A stretch of 53,057 nt of DNA from Sulfurospirillum sp. (GTDB taxonomy: Bacteria; Campylobacterota; Campylobacteria; Campylobacterales; Sulfurospirillaceae): NCBI GenBank assembly GCA_026988125.1, contig JALSLU010000082.1, positions 1 to 53,057 on the forward strand, given 5' to 3'. Below, piece by piece: positions 30,751-41,464 of the stretch (position 1 is its first letter; every line of letters starts with the position of its first letter). The translations under genes and the position numbers were made by a program. The notes below the pieces were generated by a model. It had not been told where the DNA came from, searched no databases, and was given only the letters and a program-made list of their open reading frames with translations.

Positions 30751-32478
30751 CTACTCATCAGCAACACTTTTAGGTTTAAAATCAAAATCATTTTCATTTC
30801 TAATCATAGACTGCAATAAACCCGCAATCTCTTCAGCCTTTTCCTCAGTTAAGCTTTTTAGTTTTTCTAAAAGTACTTCGTACTTTAGCTCCTCCTCATC
30901 AAAGTCACTGCCTATACCTAATTGTTCCTCTACCTTCTTTCTAGCCTTTTTAAATTTTTCCAAAGTATCTTCTTCATCCTCTTCATCAAATTCATCCTCT
31001 TTAGCCTCTTTTGCATCTATCTCTTCTTGAGACTCTTCAAGCATCTTTTGGGTAAATGGAGCAATTACCTTTTTGTAAAATATAAACAATAAAATAGCTG
31101 CAACTATATATTTGAAAATTGGTCCTAGTGGAGAAACATAATAAGCAACCTGCTCCATCATCGTTTTGGTCGGAGATTTCATTTTAGACTTCTGCAAAGG
31201 CTTAAATTCAAAATTGCTAACAGTTACCTCATCTCCCCTATTTGGATCAAATCCTACGGTTTGCTTAACAATAGATGTAATTGAGTCCAATTGGGCTTGA
31301 GTTAGTGGAACATATTTTAAATTATCTATTTGATTTCCATTTTCATCTTTTTCATACTCATAATTTCCATCAACTACTACCGCTACAGTAAGTCTCTTAA
31401 TTTTAGCAAACTCACCCTTTATATTCGTTACTTTTTTTGAAATCTCATAATTTGTAGTGGATGAGCTTTTTTCATATTTCTCAGTTGTATTATTATTTCC
31501 TAAACCTTGCACAGGTCCAATGTTACTAACAGCTCCAGGTACTCCTCCAACATCATTTTGTTTAATTCCCTCTCTCTTTTCATCTATGGTTTGCTCACTT
31601 CTAGGTACAGAGTTTGGATCATACTGCTCACTTCTGCTTTCGAGCCTTGAGAAATCAAAATCTATATTAACCTTTGCAACAACTTTATCAAGACCACCAA
31701 TTATTGGAGCCAATACATTTATAATTTTATTTTCTATATCCCTCTCAAACTCTTTTTTATACCTAATTTGAGACTTTACAAGGTCACTCTCATAAGCTAA
31801 ACTATCTTGATCTCCTAAAGGTACTCCGTTTTGATCCACTATAGAAACATTTTCAACAGATAAGTTTGTCACTGAAGATGCTACCAAGTTTTTTATACCT
31901 GTAATCTGTTTTAAAGAGAGTTTCATTCCTGGTTTAATTTTTAAAACAACCGAAGCTGTAGCTGGAAGCTTTTCTTGAGCAAATACACTCTCTTTTGGAA
32001 TTGCAATGTGAACATTTGCACTCTCTATTGGCATTAAACCCTCAATAGTTCTTGCTAGCTCTCCTTCTAACGCTCTTAGATATTTGATCTGTTGTTCGAA
32101 ATCTGTAGCACCAAATTCATTTTTATCAAAAATTTCAAACCCAACTTTACTATCCTTTGGAATTCCCAAAGCTGCTATTGAAATTCTTTGCTTATAAACC
32201 ATATCTGAAGGCACTGCAATAGTACCCTCATTTACAACTTTATATGGGACACCATCCTTTTCTAATTGCTGAATAATTAAGGCTGAATCTTTTGGATTTA
32301 TCTTTTCAAAGAGTATACTGTAGCCATTTCCTACCATCGTATCTCTATTTTGAAATAGTGTCAAAAAAACAATAAACCCAACTACAGCAAGTATAGAGAC
32401 TAAAATAACTATCTTTTGCTTTAAAGTAAAGTTTTTAAAAAGTGTTGAAATTTGCTCTAATAGTGCCTTAAAATCCAT
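30751..32478 (-). CDS. fliF: Flagellar MS-ring protein
   Basis: GFEIFD..FGATDF, RALEGELARTI, ATASVVL and RGDEVTV. Confidence 0.97.
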   Translation of the reverse strand: MDFKALLEQISTLFKNFTLKQKIVILVSILAVVGFIVFLTLFQNRDTMVGNGYSILFEKINPKDSALIIQQLEKDGVPYKVVNEGTIAVPSDMVYKQRISIAALGIPKDSKVGFEIFDKNEFGATDFEQQIKYLRALEGELARTIEGLMPIESANVHIAIPKESVFAQEKLPATASVVLKIKPGMKLSLKQITGIKNLVASSVTNLSVENVSIVDQNGVPLGDQDSLAYESDLVKSQIRYKKEFERDIENKIINVLAPIIGGLDKVVAKVNIDFDFSRLESRSEQYDPNSVPRSEQTIDEKREGIKQNDVGGVPGAVSNIGPVQGLGNNNTTEKYEKSSSTTNYEISKKVTNIKGEFAKIKRLTVAVVVDGNYEYEKDENGNQIDNLKYVPLTQAQLDSITSIVKQTVGFDPNRGDEVTVSNFEFKPLQKSKMKSPTKTMMEQVAYYVSPLGPIFKYIVAAILLFIFYKKVIAPFTQKMLEESQEEIDAKEAKEDEFDEEDEEDTLEKFKKARKKVEEQLGIGSDFDEEELKYEVLLEKLKSLTEEKAEEIAGLLQSMIRNENDFDFKPKSVADE

Positions 32479-32481
32479 CTA

Positions 32482-33594
32482 CTACCTTGTACTATCGTAT
32501 ACTACTTCTCTAAATTTACTAAAAAATTTACTATTTTGCTCAGGAGTTCCAATTGTAACTCTTATTGCATTTATTCCATAAGATGCTAAATCTCTTATTA
32601 TTATACCCTTTTTAAGAAGTTTTTGCGCAATATCTGAAGATTTTTTACTATTGGTGAATTTTAAAGTAATAAAGTTTGTAAAACTCTCTATGTACTCAAG
32701 CTTCATCTCATCTGCAAACTCTTCATATAGTTTCATTTGTATAAAATTTTCCTCTATGCAACCATTCACAAATTTCTCATCACCCAAAGCTTCAATAGCT
32801 GCTTTTAAACTGAGAGTTGTTATATTAAATGGAGGTCTTAGTTTATATAATGTTTTAATAATTTCACTATTTGCTATCCCATAACCACATCTCATACCCC
32901 CTAAGCCATAAGCTTTTGAAAAGGTTCCCAAATAGAGTACATTTGGAAATCTTTCAATCAAATCCTGTACAACTATCTCTTTGTTTTTATCCTTGAATTT
33001 TGCATACTCTGCATATGCACCATCTAAAACCACCAATACATCTTCATCAATCTCTTTTAAAAACTCATACACATCTTTTGTATCTAAACACTCCCCCAAA
33101 GGATTATTTGGAAGACATAAAAAAATTATAACTATATCTCTATTGTTTTTATAAAGTTCTAAAAATTGTTCCAAATTGTGAGTGTGAGATTTGGTTTTTA
33201 TTATCCTAGTTCCAGTTTGCCTTGCATAAATTTCATACATTGCAAAGGTAGTTTTAGCCATCAAAATTGAATTATTCTCATTTGCCTTTGATTTTATTGC
33301 AAAATCAATTACTTGATCACTTCCTGCACCAATTATGATATTTGAACTCTTAACATCAAATCTTTTTGCCAATCCCTCTTTTAATTCATACATACTATCA
33401 TCTGGATATAGATTTGCTCTTTTAGCCTCTTTTTGTATAGCTTCAACAACTCTAGGGCTACATCCTCTTGGATTTTCATTGCTCGCTAATTTAATGACAT
33501 CTTCGTTTTTTATGCCAAACTCCCTTACAACCAACTCTATTGGTTTACCTGCTTCATAAGTTTTTAAGTTTTCTAAAACTTTATTGAACTTCAT
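32482..33594 (-). CDS. hisC: Histidinol-phosphate aminotransferase
   Basis: [12 protein letters not shown] and [12 protein letters not shown]. Confidence 0.93.
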   Translation of the reverse strand: MKFNKVLENLKTYEAGKPIELVVREFGIKNEDVIKLASNENPRGCSPRVVEAIQKEAKRANLYPDDSMYELKEGLAKRFDVKSSNIIIGAGSDQVIDFAIKSKANENNSILMAKTTFAMYEIYARQTGTRIIKTKSHTHNLEQFLELYKNNRDIVIIFLCLPNNPLGECLDTKDVYEFLKEIDEDVLVVLDGAYAEYAKFKDKNKEIVVQDLIERFPNVLYLGTFSKAYGLGGMRCGYGIANSEIIKTLYKLRPPFNITTLSLKAAIEALGDEKFVNGCIEENFIQMKLYEEFADEMKLEYIESFTNFITLKFTNSKKSSDIAQKLLKKGIIIRDLASYGINAIRVTIGTPEQNSKFFSKFREVVYDSTR

Positions 33595-34665
33595 TTAATC
33601 CCCCGCTTTAACATAGCTTCCGAGCCATTTTATTTCATTTATGCCTTTGTTTGCCTTTAATACATTTTGCACACTTTTATCATCTATATGCCCTTCAAAA
33701 TCTAGGTAAAAAACTGCCTCAAAACCACTATCTTTCACAGGTCTTGACTCAATTTTTGTTATATTTACACTCTGTTCTTCAAATGTTTGCAAAAACTTAA
33801 CTAAGCCACCTGGTCTGTTTTTTGTTTTTGCTAAAATGGATGTTTTATTCTCTACTGCTGGAGCATTTTTAAAATCACTCAAAATTAAAAATCGCGTCTT
33901 ATTTGCCAAATTATCCTCTATTTTTTCAAACATTATTGGAACATTATATAGTTTTGCAGCTATGTGTGAGCAGATTGATGCGCTATTTGGCTCATTAGTT
34001 GCCATTTTAGCAGAAGCTGCTGTTGATTTGGTTGGGATAAACTCTACATCCAAGAGCATATGCTCTTCTAAAAATTTTCTACACTGATTATAGCCTTGAG
34101 GATGTGAAAATATCTTTTTAATCTCTTTAAGATTTTCACACTTTGATGCAAAGGAGTGGTGTATATCCATATAGATTTCTGCGACAATCAATGAATTAAA
34201 CTTTCCTAAACAATCAAGTGTTATTCCAACAGCACCTTCAGTATTGTTTTCTATTGGTACGACACCATATTTTACCTCTTTATTTTCTAAAACTCTAAAT
34301 ACCGCTTCAATAGAGTTCAAAGCAATATAGTTCCCCATTGCTCCAAATCTACTCTGTGCTACTTGATGAGTGTAGCTACCCTCAGGACCTAAAAAAGCAA
34401 TTTTTTCTGGTAATTCAAGATTTCTACTTACAGCAAAAATCTCCAAAAAAATTGCCTCTATAGCCCTATCATTTAGTTTTCCTCTATTTAATGATTTTAG
34501 TCTATCTAGTATCTCTCTTTCTCTCTCTGGTCTATAAATTGAGCCCCCTGTACTCTTTTTAAGATTTCCAACGGCATCTACATACTCCATTCTTTTATTT
34601 AAAAGTTTTAAAATTTCATTATCAATGTTATCTATATTTTCTCTTAAAACTTCAAGCTTATTCAT
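33595..34665 (-). CDS. pheA: Chorismate mutase/prephenate dehydratase
   Basis: CM domain, FLGPEGSYT, VPIENNTEG, TRF, ACT domain with KIESRP. Confidence 0.96.
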   Translation of the reverse strand: MNKLEVLRENIDNIDNEILKLLNKRMEYVDAVGNLKKSTGGSIYRPEREREILDRLKSLNRGKLNDRAIEAIFLEIFAVSRNLELPEKIAFLGPEGSYTHQVAQSRFGAMGNYIALNSIEAVFRVLENKEVKYGVVPIENNTEGAVGITLDCLGKFNSLIVAEIYMDIHHSFASKCENLKEIKKIFSHPQGYNQCRKFLEEHMLLDVEFIPTKSTAASAKMATNEPNSASICSHIAAKLYNVPIMFEKIEDNLANKTRFLILSDFKNAPAVENKTSILAKTKNRPGGLVKFLQTFEEQSVNITKIESRPVKDSGFEAVFYLDFEGHIDDKSVQNVLKANKGINEIKWLGSYVKAGD

Positions 34666-35888
34666 TCTGATTTCTCACTATTTAAAAAACTAATCTCTTT
34701 TGATATTAAATCTTCAAAACTCTCTCTTTGTCTAATTAGTCTATATTTTCCAGACTCATAAGCAACTTCAGCTACTCTTGGTCTAGAGTTATAATTGCTA
34801 CTCATAGAAAATCCATAAGCTCCAGCACTATGTACTACAATTAAGTCATCATGCTTGGTTTTAGGAAGTTTTATATCTTTTATAAAAAAATCTCCACTCT
34901 CACAAATAGGTCCGACAACATCACACAAAAGAGTTGAGTCGGGTCTATTTTTAGACTCTAATAACTCAACTTTATGAAAAGTATTGTATAGTGCAGGTCT
35001 TAAAAGATCATTCATTGCACCATCTACAATTACAAATCTTTTATGGGAATTTTCCTTTTCATACAAAACTTTTGTTAAAAAGTAGCCCGAATTCCCAACT
35101 AAGTATCTTCCTGGTTCACAAGCTAGCGTTACATCTAATCCACTTAAATTTTCCAACACCGCTTGGGCATAAGCATAAGGATCTATTGTTTTCTCACCGT
35201 TATAATCTATTCCTAAACCACCGCCTATATCAAAAAACTTTAACTCAATATTGAGCGCATTTAGACTTCTAACTAAGTCAGATACAATCTTTGAAGCCTC
35301 TTTAAATGGTTCAATCTCAAGTATTTGAGAACCAATGTGAAAGTGAATTCCAACTGGATCTAAAAAGTTTGATTGTTTAGCTTTCAAATAGATCTTTTTA
35401 GCTGTTTGTATATCTACGCCAAATTTATTTTCATGCAATCCCGTAGAGATATATGGGTGAGTTTTAGCATCTATATTCGGATTAACTCGTACACTTATTC
35501 TAGCGACTTTTTCCAACTCTTTCGCAATTGACTCGACTCTGAGCATCTCTTCAAAGCTTTCTAAATTTATCATTAAGATATCATTCAAGAGTGCCTCTTT
35601 TATCTCAGCATCACATTTGCCGACACCTGAAAAAATTATTTTATATTTAGGCACTCCTACAAATAGAGCCCTTTTTACCTCACCTATTGAAACACAATCA
35701 CATCCTGCTCCCAAATCTCTCAAATGTTTTAAAACACTTAAATTCGAGTTTGCTTTTAATGCATAAAAAACAATAGACTTTCTAGCTTTAAAAGCCTCCT
35801 TAAGCTCTAAATATCTTCTTGTTATGTAATCAAAATCATAAATATAAAGAGGTGTCCCATAACTATCTGCAATTTTTCTAAAATCCAT
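34662..35888 (-). CDS. lysA: Diaminopimelate decarboxylase
   Basis: YALKAN, HFHIGSQ, EPGR, GPICESGD and SSNYNSR. Confidence 0.96.
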   Translation of the reverse strand: MDFRKIADSYGTPLYIYDFDYITRRYLELKEAFKARKSIVFYALKANSNLSVLKHLRDLGAGCDCVSIGEVKRALFVGVPKYKIIFSGVGKCDAEIKEALLNDILMINLESFEEMLRVESIAKELEKVARISVRVNPNIDAKTHPYISTGLHENKFGVDIQTAKKIYLKAKQSNFLDPVGIHFHIGSQILEIEPFKEASKIVSDLVRSLNALNIELKFFDIGGGLGIDYNGEKTIDPYAYAQAVLENLSGLDVTLACEPGRYLVGNSGYFLTKVLYEKENSHKRFVIVDGAMNDLLRPALYNTFHKVELLESKNRPDSTLLCDVVGPICESGDFFIKDIKLPKTKHDDLIVVHSAGAYGFSMSSNYNSRPRVAEVAYESGKYRLIRQRESFEDLISKEISFLNSEKSE

Positions 35889-35978
35889 ACAACATACCTT
35901 AAAAATTATTATTTAAGCAATAAGACTTGCTAAAAGGGTTTTTAGAGGTGCCCTTTGTATATTTTATCTAAAATTATA

Positions 35979-37040
35979 TTAATTTTCTTTGTGGTACTTA
36001 TATAGAGCAAATAGTCCCAAAATAATCATAGGTAAAACTACGCCCACCTCTGGAAAAATCACAGAAGTTGAAGATAATTTGGTAAGAACAAATAGAAGTC
36101 CCCATAAGACTAATGTAATAAAAATAAAAAAAGAACTATAAAGTGTAGCATTTAAAAATCTACTACTAGCAGGTAGATAAAAATAAAAAATCAATACCAA
36201 CAAAGGAGCAAAAAATGGTATGAGTATTTGCGATACAAGTAGAGTCTTGAGCCTATCTAAATTTAGATTTTGAGCAGCAAAAAACTTTATAGCTTCCCAG
36301 GTATCTCCTATGGGCATTTTAAACTTTCCCTTATGTACATTTTCTATAATTTTTGGTTTAAAATTTTTCAATGCCTCAATTCTATCTTTATACACTATTT
36401 CTAAGCCCTTTGAATCAATCCCGATTATTTTAGGCTTATACTCGATTTTTACATCCTTTAAAACCCAGTAGTCCTGTTTAAAGTATCCACTTTTTGCACT
36501 AACTATTTTTGTTAAATCTCCATCTCTTATATAAAAAATTTTAATCCCTCTTGCTTGTTTTTTTAATGGCTCTAAATTTTGAAAATAGATGTACTGATTG
36601 TCATTTTTTAAAAATAATCTACTAGAGGTTTTTGAAATAGTATTGTATTTTAACAGATTTAAACTATACTCATAAGCATATACAAACGGAGTAAAATTTA
36701 GAATGATATAAATAAAAGTTAAAAAAATCGAGGTTAAAAAGATAGGCTTTATAACACTCTTTTTACTTAACCCGCAAGAGTAAAGCACAACCAATTCATT
36801 AGATTTTAACATACTAAGTTTTGTTACAATCATTGCAAAAATTATAGATAAAGGCATAGCATAGTTAATTGCATCCAAAATTTTAAATACTACATAGAGT
36901 AACTTTAAATTTGCAGATTCTGGAAATTTAGCATAGTTTGTTATAGCATCTATACCTACATAAAAAAATTCTAAAGAGAGAAAAATGATAAAAAAATTTT
37001 TTAAATAGCTATATACTATATATTTCTGATAAATTTTCAC
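35979..37040 (-). CDS. LptF/LptG family LPS export permease
   Basis: 3 TM, periplasmic domain, 3 TM; SNELVVLYSCGLS motif. Confidence 0.88.
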   Translation of the reverse strand: MKIYQKYIVYSYLKNFFIIFLSLEFFYVGIDAITNYAKFPESANLKLLYVVFKILDAINYAMPLSIIFAMIVTKLSMLKSNELVVLYSCGLSKKSVIKPIFLTSIFLTFIYIILNFTPFVYAYEYSLNLLKYNTISKTSSRLFLKNDNQYIYFQNLEPLKKQARGIKIFYIRDGDLTKIVSAKSGYFKQDYWVLKDVKIEYKPKIIGIDSKGLEIVYKDRIEALKNFKPKIIENVHKGKFKMPIGDTWEAIKFFAAQNLNLDRLKTLLVSQILIPFFAPLLVLIFYFYLPASSRFLNATLYSSFFIFITLVLWGLLFVLTKLSSTSVIFPEVGVVLPMIILGLFALYKYHKEN

Positions 37041-37594
37041 TACTTACCTTTTAGAGTATATTTTGAAGAGATACTATTTAAGCTACTCCCATTTAAAAAC
37101 TCTTTTATTGCATCAATTGCAACATTTAATATGCTCTCTAGTTTACTAAACTCTTCCTTGGTAAAATCTGATAAAACATAGTTAGAAACTTTTGATCTCT
37201 CCTTAGGTTTTCCTATGCCTACTCTTACTCTAAGATACTCATTTGTTATATTTTCATCAATAGACCTTAGACCATTATGTCCACCATGCCCTCCACCAAA
37301 TTTAAACTTTAGACTTCCAAATGGTAAATCTAAATCATCATGTATAACTATAACTCTATCTGGCTTATAGTAGTCACACACAGCTCTTACGCTAGCTCCA
37401 GAAAGATTCATAAAAGTAAGTGGTTTGAGAAGCAACAAGTCTTTATACTTTAGTAGTTCGCCTCTAAATTGAGGCTTTGATATATCTGAAGTTTGAAGTT
37501 TTTCTTTAAATTTATCTATCAACATAAAACCGACATTATGTCGGTTTTTTTTATACTTTGAGTCTGGATTTCCAAGCCCAACTAGTAGAGTCAT
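37040..37594 (-). CDS. pth: Peptidyl-tRNA hydrolase
   Basis: VGLGNP, RHNVGF, TFMNLSG, HDDLD and GHNGLRSI. Confidence 0.97.
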   Translation of the reverse strand: MTLLVGLGNPDSKYKKNRHNVGFMLIDKFKEKLQTSDISKPQFRGELLKYKDLLLLKPLTFMNLSGASVRAVCDYYKPDRVIVIHDDLDLPFGSLKFKFGGGHGGHNGLRSIDENITNEYLRVRVGIGKPKERSKVSNYVLSDFTKEEFSKLESILNVAIDAIKEFLNGSSLNSISSKYTLKGK

Positions 37595-38130
37595 TATTTA
37601 GCTTTTATAACTCCAACAATTGAAACTCTATCCTCATCTAAAACTTTTACATTTTGCGGAACTTCCAAGTCTCTAACTAATAAAGAGTCTCCAACATCTA
37701 AATCTTTAACATCCAGTGTAAAACAATCTGGAAGATTATCTCCTGAACATTTTACTAAAATTCTCTTTTTAGAGTGAATTAAAACCCCTTTGTTTTTAAG
37801 ACCCTTTGGAGTTCCAACTGTTTTAACAGGTACCAAATACCTTGAGATTACGCCATCTTGAACCACTCTTAAATCTACATGTAAAAGCTGTGAAGTAACT
37901 GGATCTTTTTGATACTCTTGAATAACAACTTTAAACTCTTTATCTCCCACTTTTACTGGAAAAGCTAAAGATGTTTTGTTTTTAACTGCTTTTACGAATT
38001 CGTTATTTTTAAACGCTGCGTTGACATTTTCAACACCTTTTCCGTAAATGTTAGCAATTAGAAACCCATCTCTCCTTAGAGCCTTAGTGCTCTTTTTGTC
38101 GATACTCTCTCTAATAATACCTTCTAACAT
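37594..38130 (-). CDS. rplY: 50S ribosomal protein L25/Ctc
   Basis: LRRDG..IANIYG and QKDPV...LHVD; adjacent to pth. Confidence 0.95.
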   Translation of the reverse strand: MLEGIIRESIDKKSTKALRRDGFLIANIYGKGVENVNAAFKNNEFVKAVKNKTSLAFPVKVGDKEFKVVIQEYQKDPVTSQLLHVDLRVVQDGVISRYLVPVKTVGTPKGLKNKGVLIHSKKRILVKCSGDNLPDCFTLDVKDLDVGDSLLVRDLEVPQNVKVLDEDRVSIVGVIKAK

Positions 38131-38179
38131 TTCTATCCTTTAGATTATTTTGAACTGGAGATTTTACAGTAATATTACT

Positions 38180-39361
38180 TTACTTTTGCTTTAAACCTAT
38201 TATATCCTTATCATCTTCTATATAATTTTTTTCTTTTAAATCTTTTTTAGAAACCTCTTTTGAAGCATCATAAAAATCTATAGCCATAGCTAAATCATTC
38301 CTGCTAGTAGCACTTTTTAGTGCCTCCTCTTTTGATATTTTACCAATTGCGTACAAGTCTAACAGTGCTTGATCAAAGGTTTGTGATTTATAAACATCCT
38401 TACCCTCTTTTAGAGCATCTGGTATCTCATTGTCTCTACCATCTAGTATTAAAGATTCAATTCTGCTATTTCTAACTAGAATTTCAACTGCTGCACACCT
38501 CCCTCCATCAACTGTTTTTACAAGCCTTTGTGATACAATCCCCTGCAAGACTGAGGCTAGAGACATTTTGATCCTATTTTGCTCACTCCCTGGAAACATC
38601 CCAACAATTCTTCCTATAGTCTCTTTTGCATCAACCGTGTGAAGAGTTGAAAGTACTAGATGTCCTGTTTCAGCTGCATGCATAGCGGTCTCAATAGTTT
38701 CTAAATCCCTCATTTCACCAACTAGTATAACATCTGGATCCTCTCTAAGTGCAGCTCTTAGAGAATCGGCAAAATCTATGGCATCTTGACCAATTGCTCT
38801 TTGATTAACTAAACTTTTTTGATCTTTATAAACAAATTCCACAGGATCTTCAATAGTTATAATGTGCTTTTTTTGAGTAAGATTTATTCTATTTATTATT
38901 GATGCCAAAGTTGTAGTTTTACCACTACCAGTGGGTCCTGTAACCAAAACCAGTCCTCTTGGCACATCACAAAAATTATTGATAACCAAAGGTAGTCCCA
39001 AAGACTCAACTGTGGGCATAGATGTTGGAATTGTCCTAAATACTCCACTTACTCCATCTACTTGAAAAAATATATTTACACGAAACCTATACCTATCATT
39101 TAATTTAAAAGTAAAATCCACATTTTTATTTTTTACCAATTCATCAAATCTACTTCTTAACAACTCTTTTGCTAGTGTCAATCCATCTTCATAAGACAAT
39201 ACCTCACTAGAGAGAGAAACAATTTCTCCGTGTATCCTTCCTCTAATATTGGCACCACTCTTTATATGTAGATCACTTCCATTATGCTCTACAAGTTTAT
39301 CAAGATAAAATTTGAGTTTTTTTGTCATCTCAAAAGTCAAAGAAGATACATCTACAGGCAC
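38180..39361 (-). CDS. PilT/PilU-family type IV pilus ATPase
   Basis: [37 protein letters not shown] and ETGHLVLSTLH. Confidence 0.92.
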   Translation of the reverse strand: MPVDVSSLTFEMTKKLKFYLDKLVEHNGSDLHIKSGANIRGRIHGEIVSLSSEVLSYEDGLTLAKELLRSRFDELVKNKNVDFTFKLNDRYRFRVNIFFQVDGVSGVFRTIPTSMPTVESLGLPLVINNFCDVPRGLVLVTGPTGSGKTTTLASIINRINLTQKKHIITIEDPVEFVYKDQKSLVNQRAIGQDAIDFADSLRAALREDPDVILVGEMRDLETIETAMHAAETGHLVLSTLHTVDAKETIGRIVGMFPGSEQNRIKMSLASVLQGIVSQRLVKTVDGGRCAAVEILVRNSRIESLILDGRDNEIPDALKEGKDVYKSQTFDQALLDLYAIGKISKEEALKSATSRNDLAMAIDFYDASKEVSKKDLKEKNYIEDDKDIIGLKQK

Positions 39362-39370
39362 AAAAACTCC

Positions 39371-40345
39371 TTAAAAGTTATCTAAAATTTCTCTAAAAGC
39401 CTTTTTAAATGCTTCAATTCCTTCATCTAAGAGCTCTTCATAGACTCTATTTAAATCTATTCCATTATCTTCTAAATTTTTAAAAAAATCTTCATACTCT
39501 ATATCAGAAGTTTTTAAATTAGCTCTATCTTTTTTTATAAACTCCAAAATAGTTTTTAAAGGTGCAGTATTAACAGAATTTTCATACAAAAGCTCTCTTA
39601 TGTAGTAGTCTGGTTCTAAATCATCTCTTTTTACTCCCGTGCTTGCAAAAAGAGTTCTTACATTTTTCAAACCTCTAGATTCTATTAAATTATAAATTTT
39701 TGTTGCGTTATAGATACCAACCTTTGCCACCTTGATTCCTAATTTTTCTAATTTATCATCTAATTTACTATCAAATCTACTTACAAAAACACTAATAACG
39801 CCCTTAGGTAAATTCATATCTATCTTCCTAGAGGCTCTCTCAAAAGCATCTAAACACTTTTTAGCTTGGTTGGGCGAAAATATAAGAGTAGCATTGATAT
39901 TTATACCCTCACTCATAAGAGTTTCCATAGCTTCATATCCAGCATCTGTAGCAGGAACTTTGATCATAACATTTGGATAACCAATTTCACTATAAAGCCT
40001 TCTTCCCTCTTCTATAGTTCCTTTTGCATCATCACACAATAGTGGATCAACTTCTATAGAGATAAATCCATCATATCCTCTCTCATAAAGAGGCAGTAGT
40101 CTTTTTGCAGCCAATTTTATATCTTCAACTGCCAAAGCTTCATAAATCTCTTTTGCGCTCCTGCCTTTAAGTCTTTTTTTATCCTCATCATAACTACTAG
40201 AATTTAAAAATGCTGACTTAAAAATAGCTGGGTTGCTAGTTGCACCATTAAATACACTCTTTTCAATCAGTTCACTAAACTCACCTTTTAGAAAATCTCT
40301 CTCGATAAAATCACACCAAAGCGAAAAATTTATATCTCTATACAT
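39371..40345 (-). CDS. tal: Transaldolase
   Basis: GATSNPAIF, SIEVDP, MIKVPAT, NATLIFS, SVFVSR and ASTG. Confidence 0.95.
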   Translation of the reverse strand: MYRDINFSLWCDFIERDFLKGEFSELIEKSVFNGATSNPAIFKSAFLNSSSYDEDKKRLKGRSAKEIYEALAVEDIKLAAKRLLPLYERGYDGFISIEVDPLLCDDAKGTIEEGRRLYSEIGYPNVMIKVPATDAGYEAMETLMSEGININATLIFSPNQAKKCLDAFERASRKIDMNLPKGVISVFVSRFDSKLDDKLEKLGIKVAKVGIYNATKIYNLIESRGLKNVRTLFASTGVKRDDLEPDYYIRELLYENSVNTAPLKTILEFIKKDRANLKTSDIEYEDFFKNLEDNGIDLNRVYEELLDEGIEAFKKAFREILDNF

Positions 40346-40961
40346 AATTTAGCATCTCTCTTAAATCTTTATTGTCAATCACTATATTTGCCTCTTTTTT
40401 TAAAACATCTTTTGCACAAAACGCTACCCTTTTAGACGCATATTTAAACATAGATAGATCATTTGCTCCATCACCAACACAGATTGTATCTTCAGGCTTA
40501 ACTCCTAAGAGAGCTTGAACTCTTTTTAGCATATCTCCTTTGCTAAAGTCAAACATCATATCGCCACCAACCTTTCCACTAAGCACTCCATTCTTAGCGT
40601 GTAATATATTGGAAAAATCTGCATCATACCCCAGTACATCTTTCGCATAACCTGTAGCATCTCTAAATCCGCCACTAAAAACTATGACTTTATAGTTCAT
40701 CTTTTTGAGAGTCTCTATAGTTTCTTTTGCTCCTAGCATATATGGTAAATTTTTGCACACCTCTTTAACAACACTTACTTCAAGCCCCCTTAAAAACCCA
40801 ACTCTGGTAATTAAGCTCTCAAAGAAATCCAATTCTCCTGCCATTGCTTTTGCAGTTATTTCTGAAACTTTGTCCTCAATCCCTAGTTTTGAAGCAAAAA
40901 AATCTATAGTTTCGCCATCCATAAGAGTTGAATCAAAATCAAAAACACATAATCCACCCAT
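40338..40961 (-). CDS. serB: Phosphoserine phosphatase
   Basis: DFDSTL, AMAGELDF, SGGF and GDGANDL. Confidence 0.95.
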   Translation of the reverse strand: MGGLCVFDFDSTLMDGETIDFFASKLGIEDKVSEITAKAMAGELDFFESLITRVGFLRGLEVSVVKEVCKNLPYMLGAKETIETLKKMNYKVIVFSGGFRDATGYAKDVLGYDADFSNILHAKNGVLSGKVGGDMMFDFSKGDMLKRVQALLGVKPEDTICVGDGANDLSMFKYASKRVAFCAKDVLKKEANIVIDNKDLREMLNYV

Positions 40962-40965
40962 TTTT

Positions 40966-41460
40966 TTAAAAATCTCTTTTCAAAAGAGATTCTACCTTCA
41001 GAATTGTAAGCATGCTATCTTCTCTCTTACCGATTCCATATATCATTCCCTTATCGGTTGAGATTGTCTCAGGTGGAGGATCAATTCTGTTTTGGTTTAT
41101 TCTTATAGCCTCAGTCAACCTATCTATAACAAATCCAGCTATATTGTTTTCACCCTTCATAACAATGTATCTTGTATCTGGAGTATTGTTGATTGGAGGT
41201 AGATTAAACTTTCTTCTCAAATCGATTAATGGTATAACATTTCCCCTAATATTAAAAACACCCAATACATAATCTGGCACACTAGGAACTCTAGTATAGT
41301 CAATTGGCTTTATAATTTCAACTATATTTAAAATTGGAACAGCAAACTCCTCCTCTCCAACTATAAATCCTACCAACTGAACAATGTTCTCATCACTCCT
41401 ATCTGGTTCTTCTATCTGTTTTTGCTGCTTTTGAAATATTTGATTCAATTTGTCTGCCAT
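40966..41460 (-). CDS. cheW: Chemotaxis coupling protein
   Basis: TRVP..P.YVLGVFNIRGNVIPLIDLR. Confidence 0.95.
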   Translation of the reverse strand: MADKLNQIFQKQQKQIEEPDRSDENIVQLVGFIVGEEEFAVPILNIVEIIKPIDYTRVPSVPDYVLGVFNIRGNVIPLIDLRRKFNLPPINNTPDTRYIVMKGENNIAGFVIDRLTEAIRINQNRIDPPPETISTDKGMIYGIGKREDSMLTILKVESLLKRDF

Positions 41461-41464
41461 AACA

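Noticed and set aside
35889-35978. Lysine riboswitch upstream of lysA (AGAGGTGC seen)
   Set aside because: The motif is on the wrong strand and the 90-bp spacer is too short.
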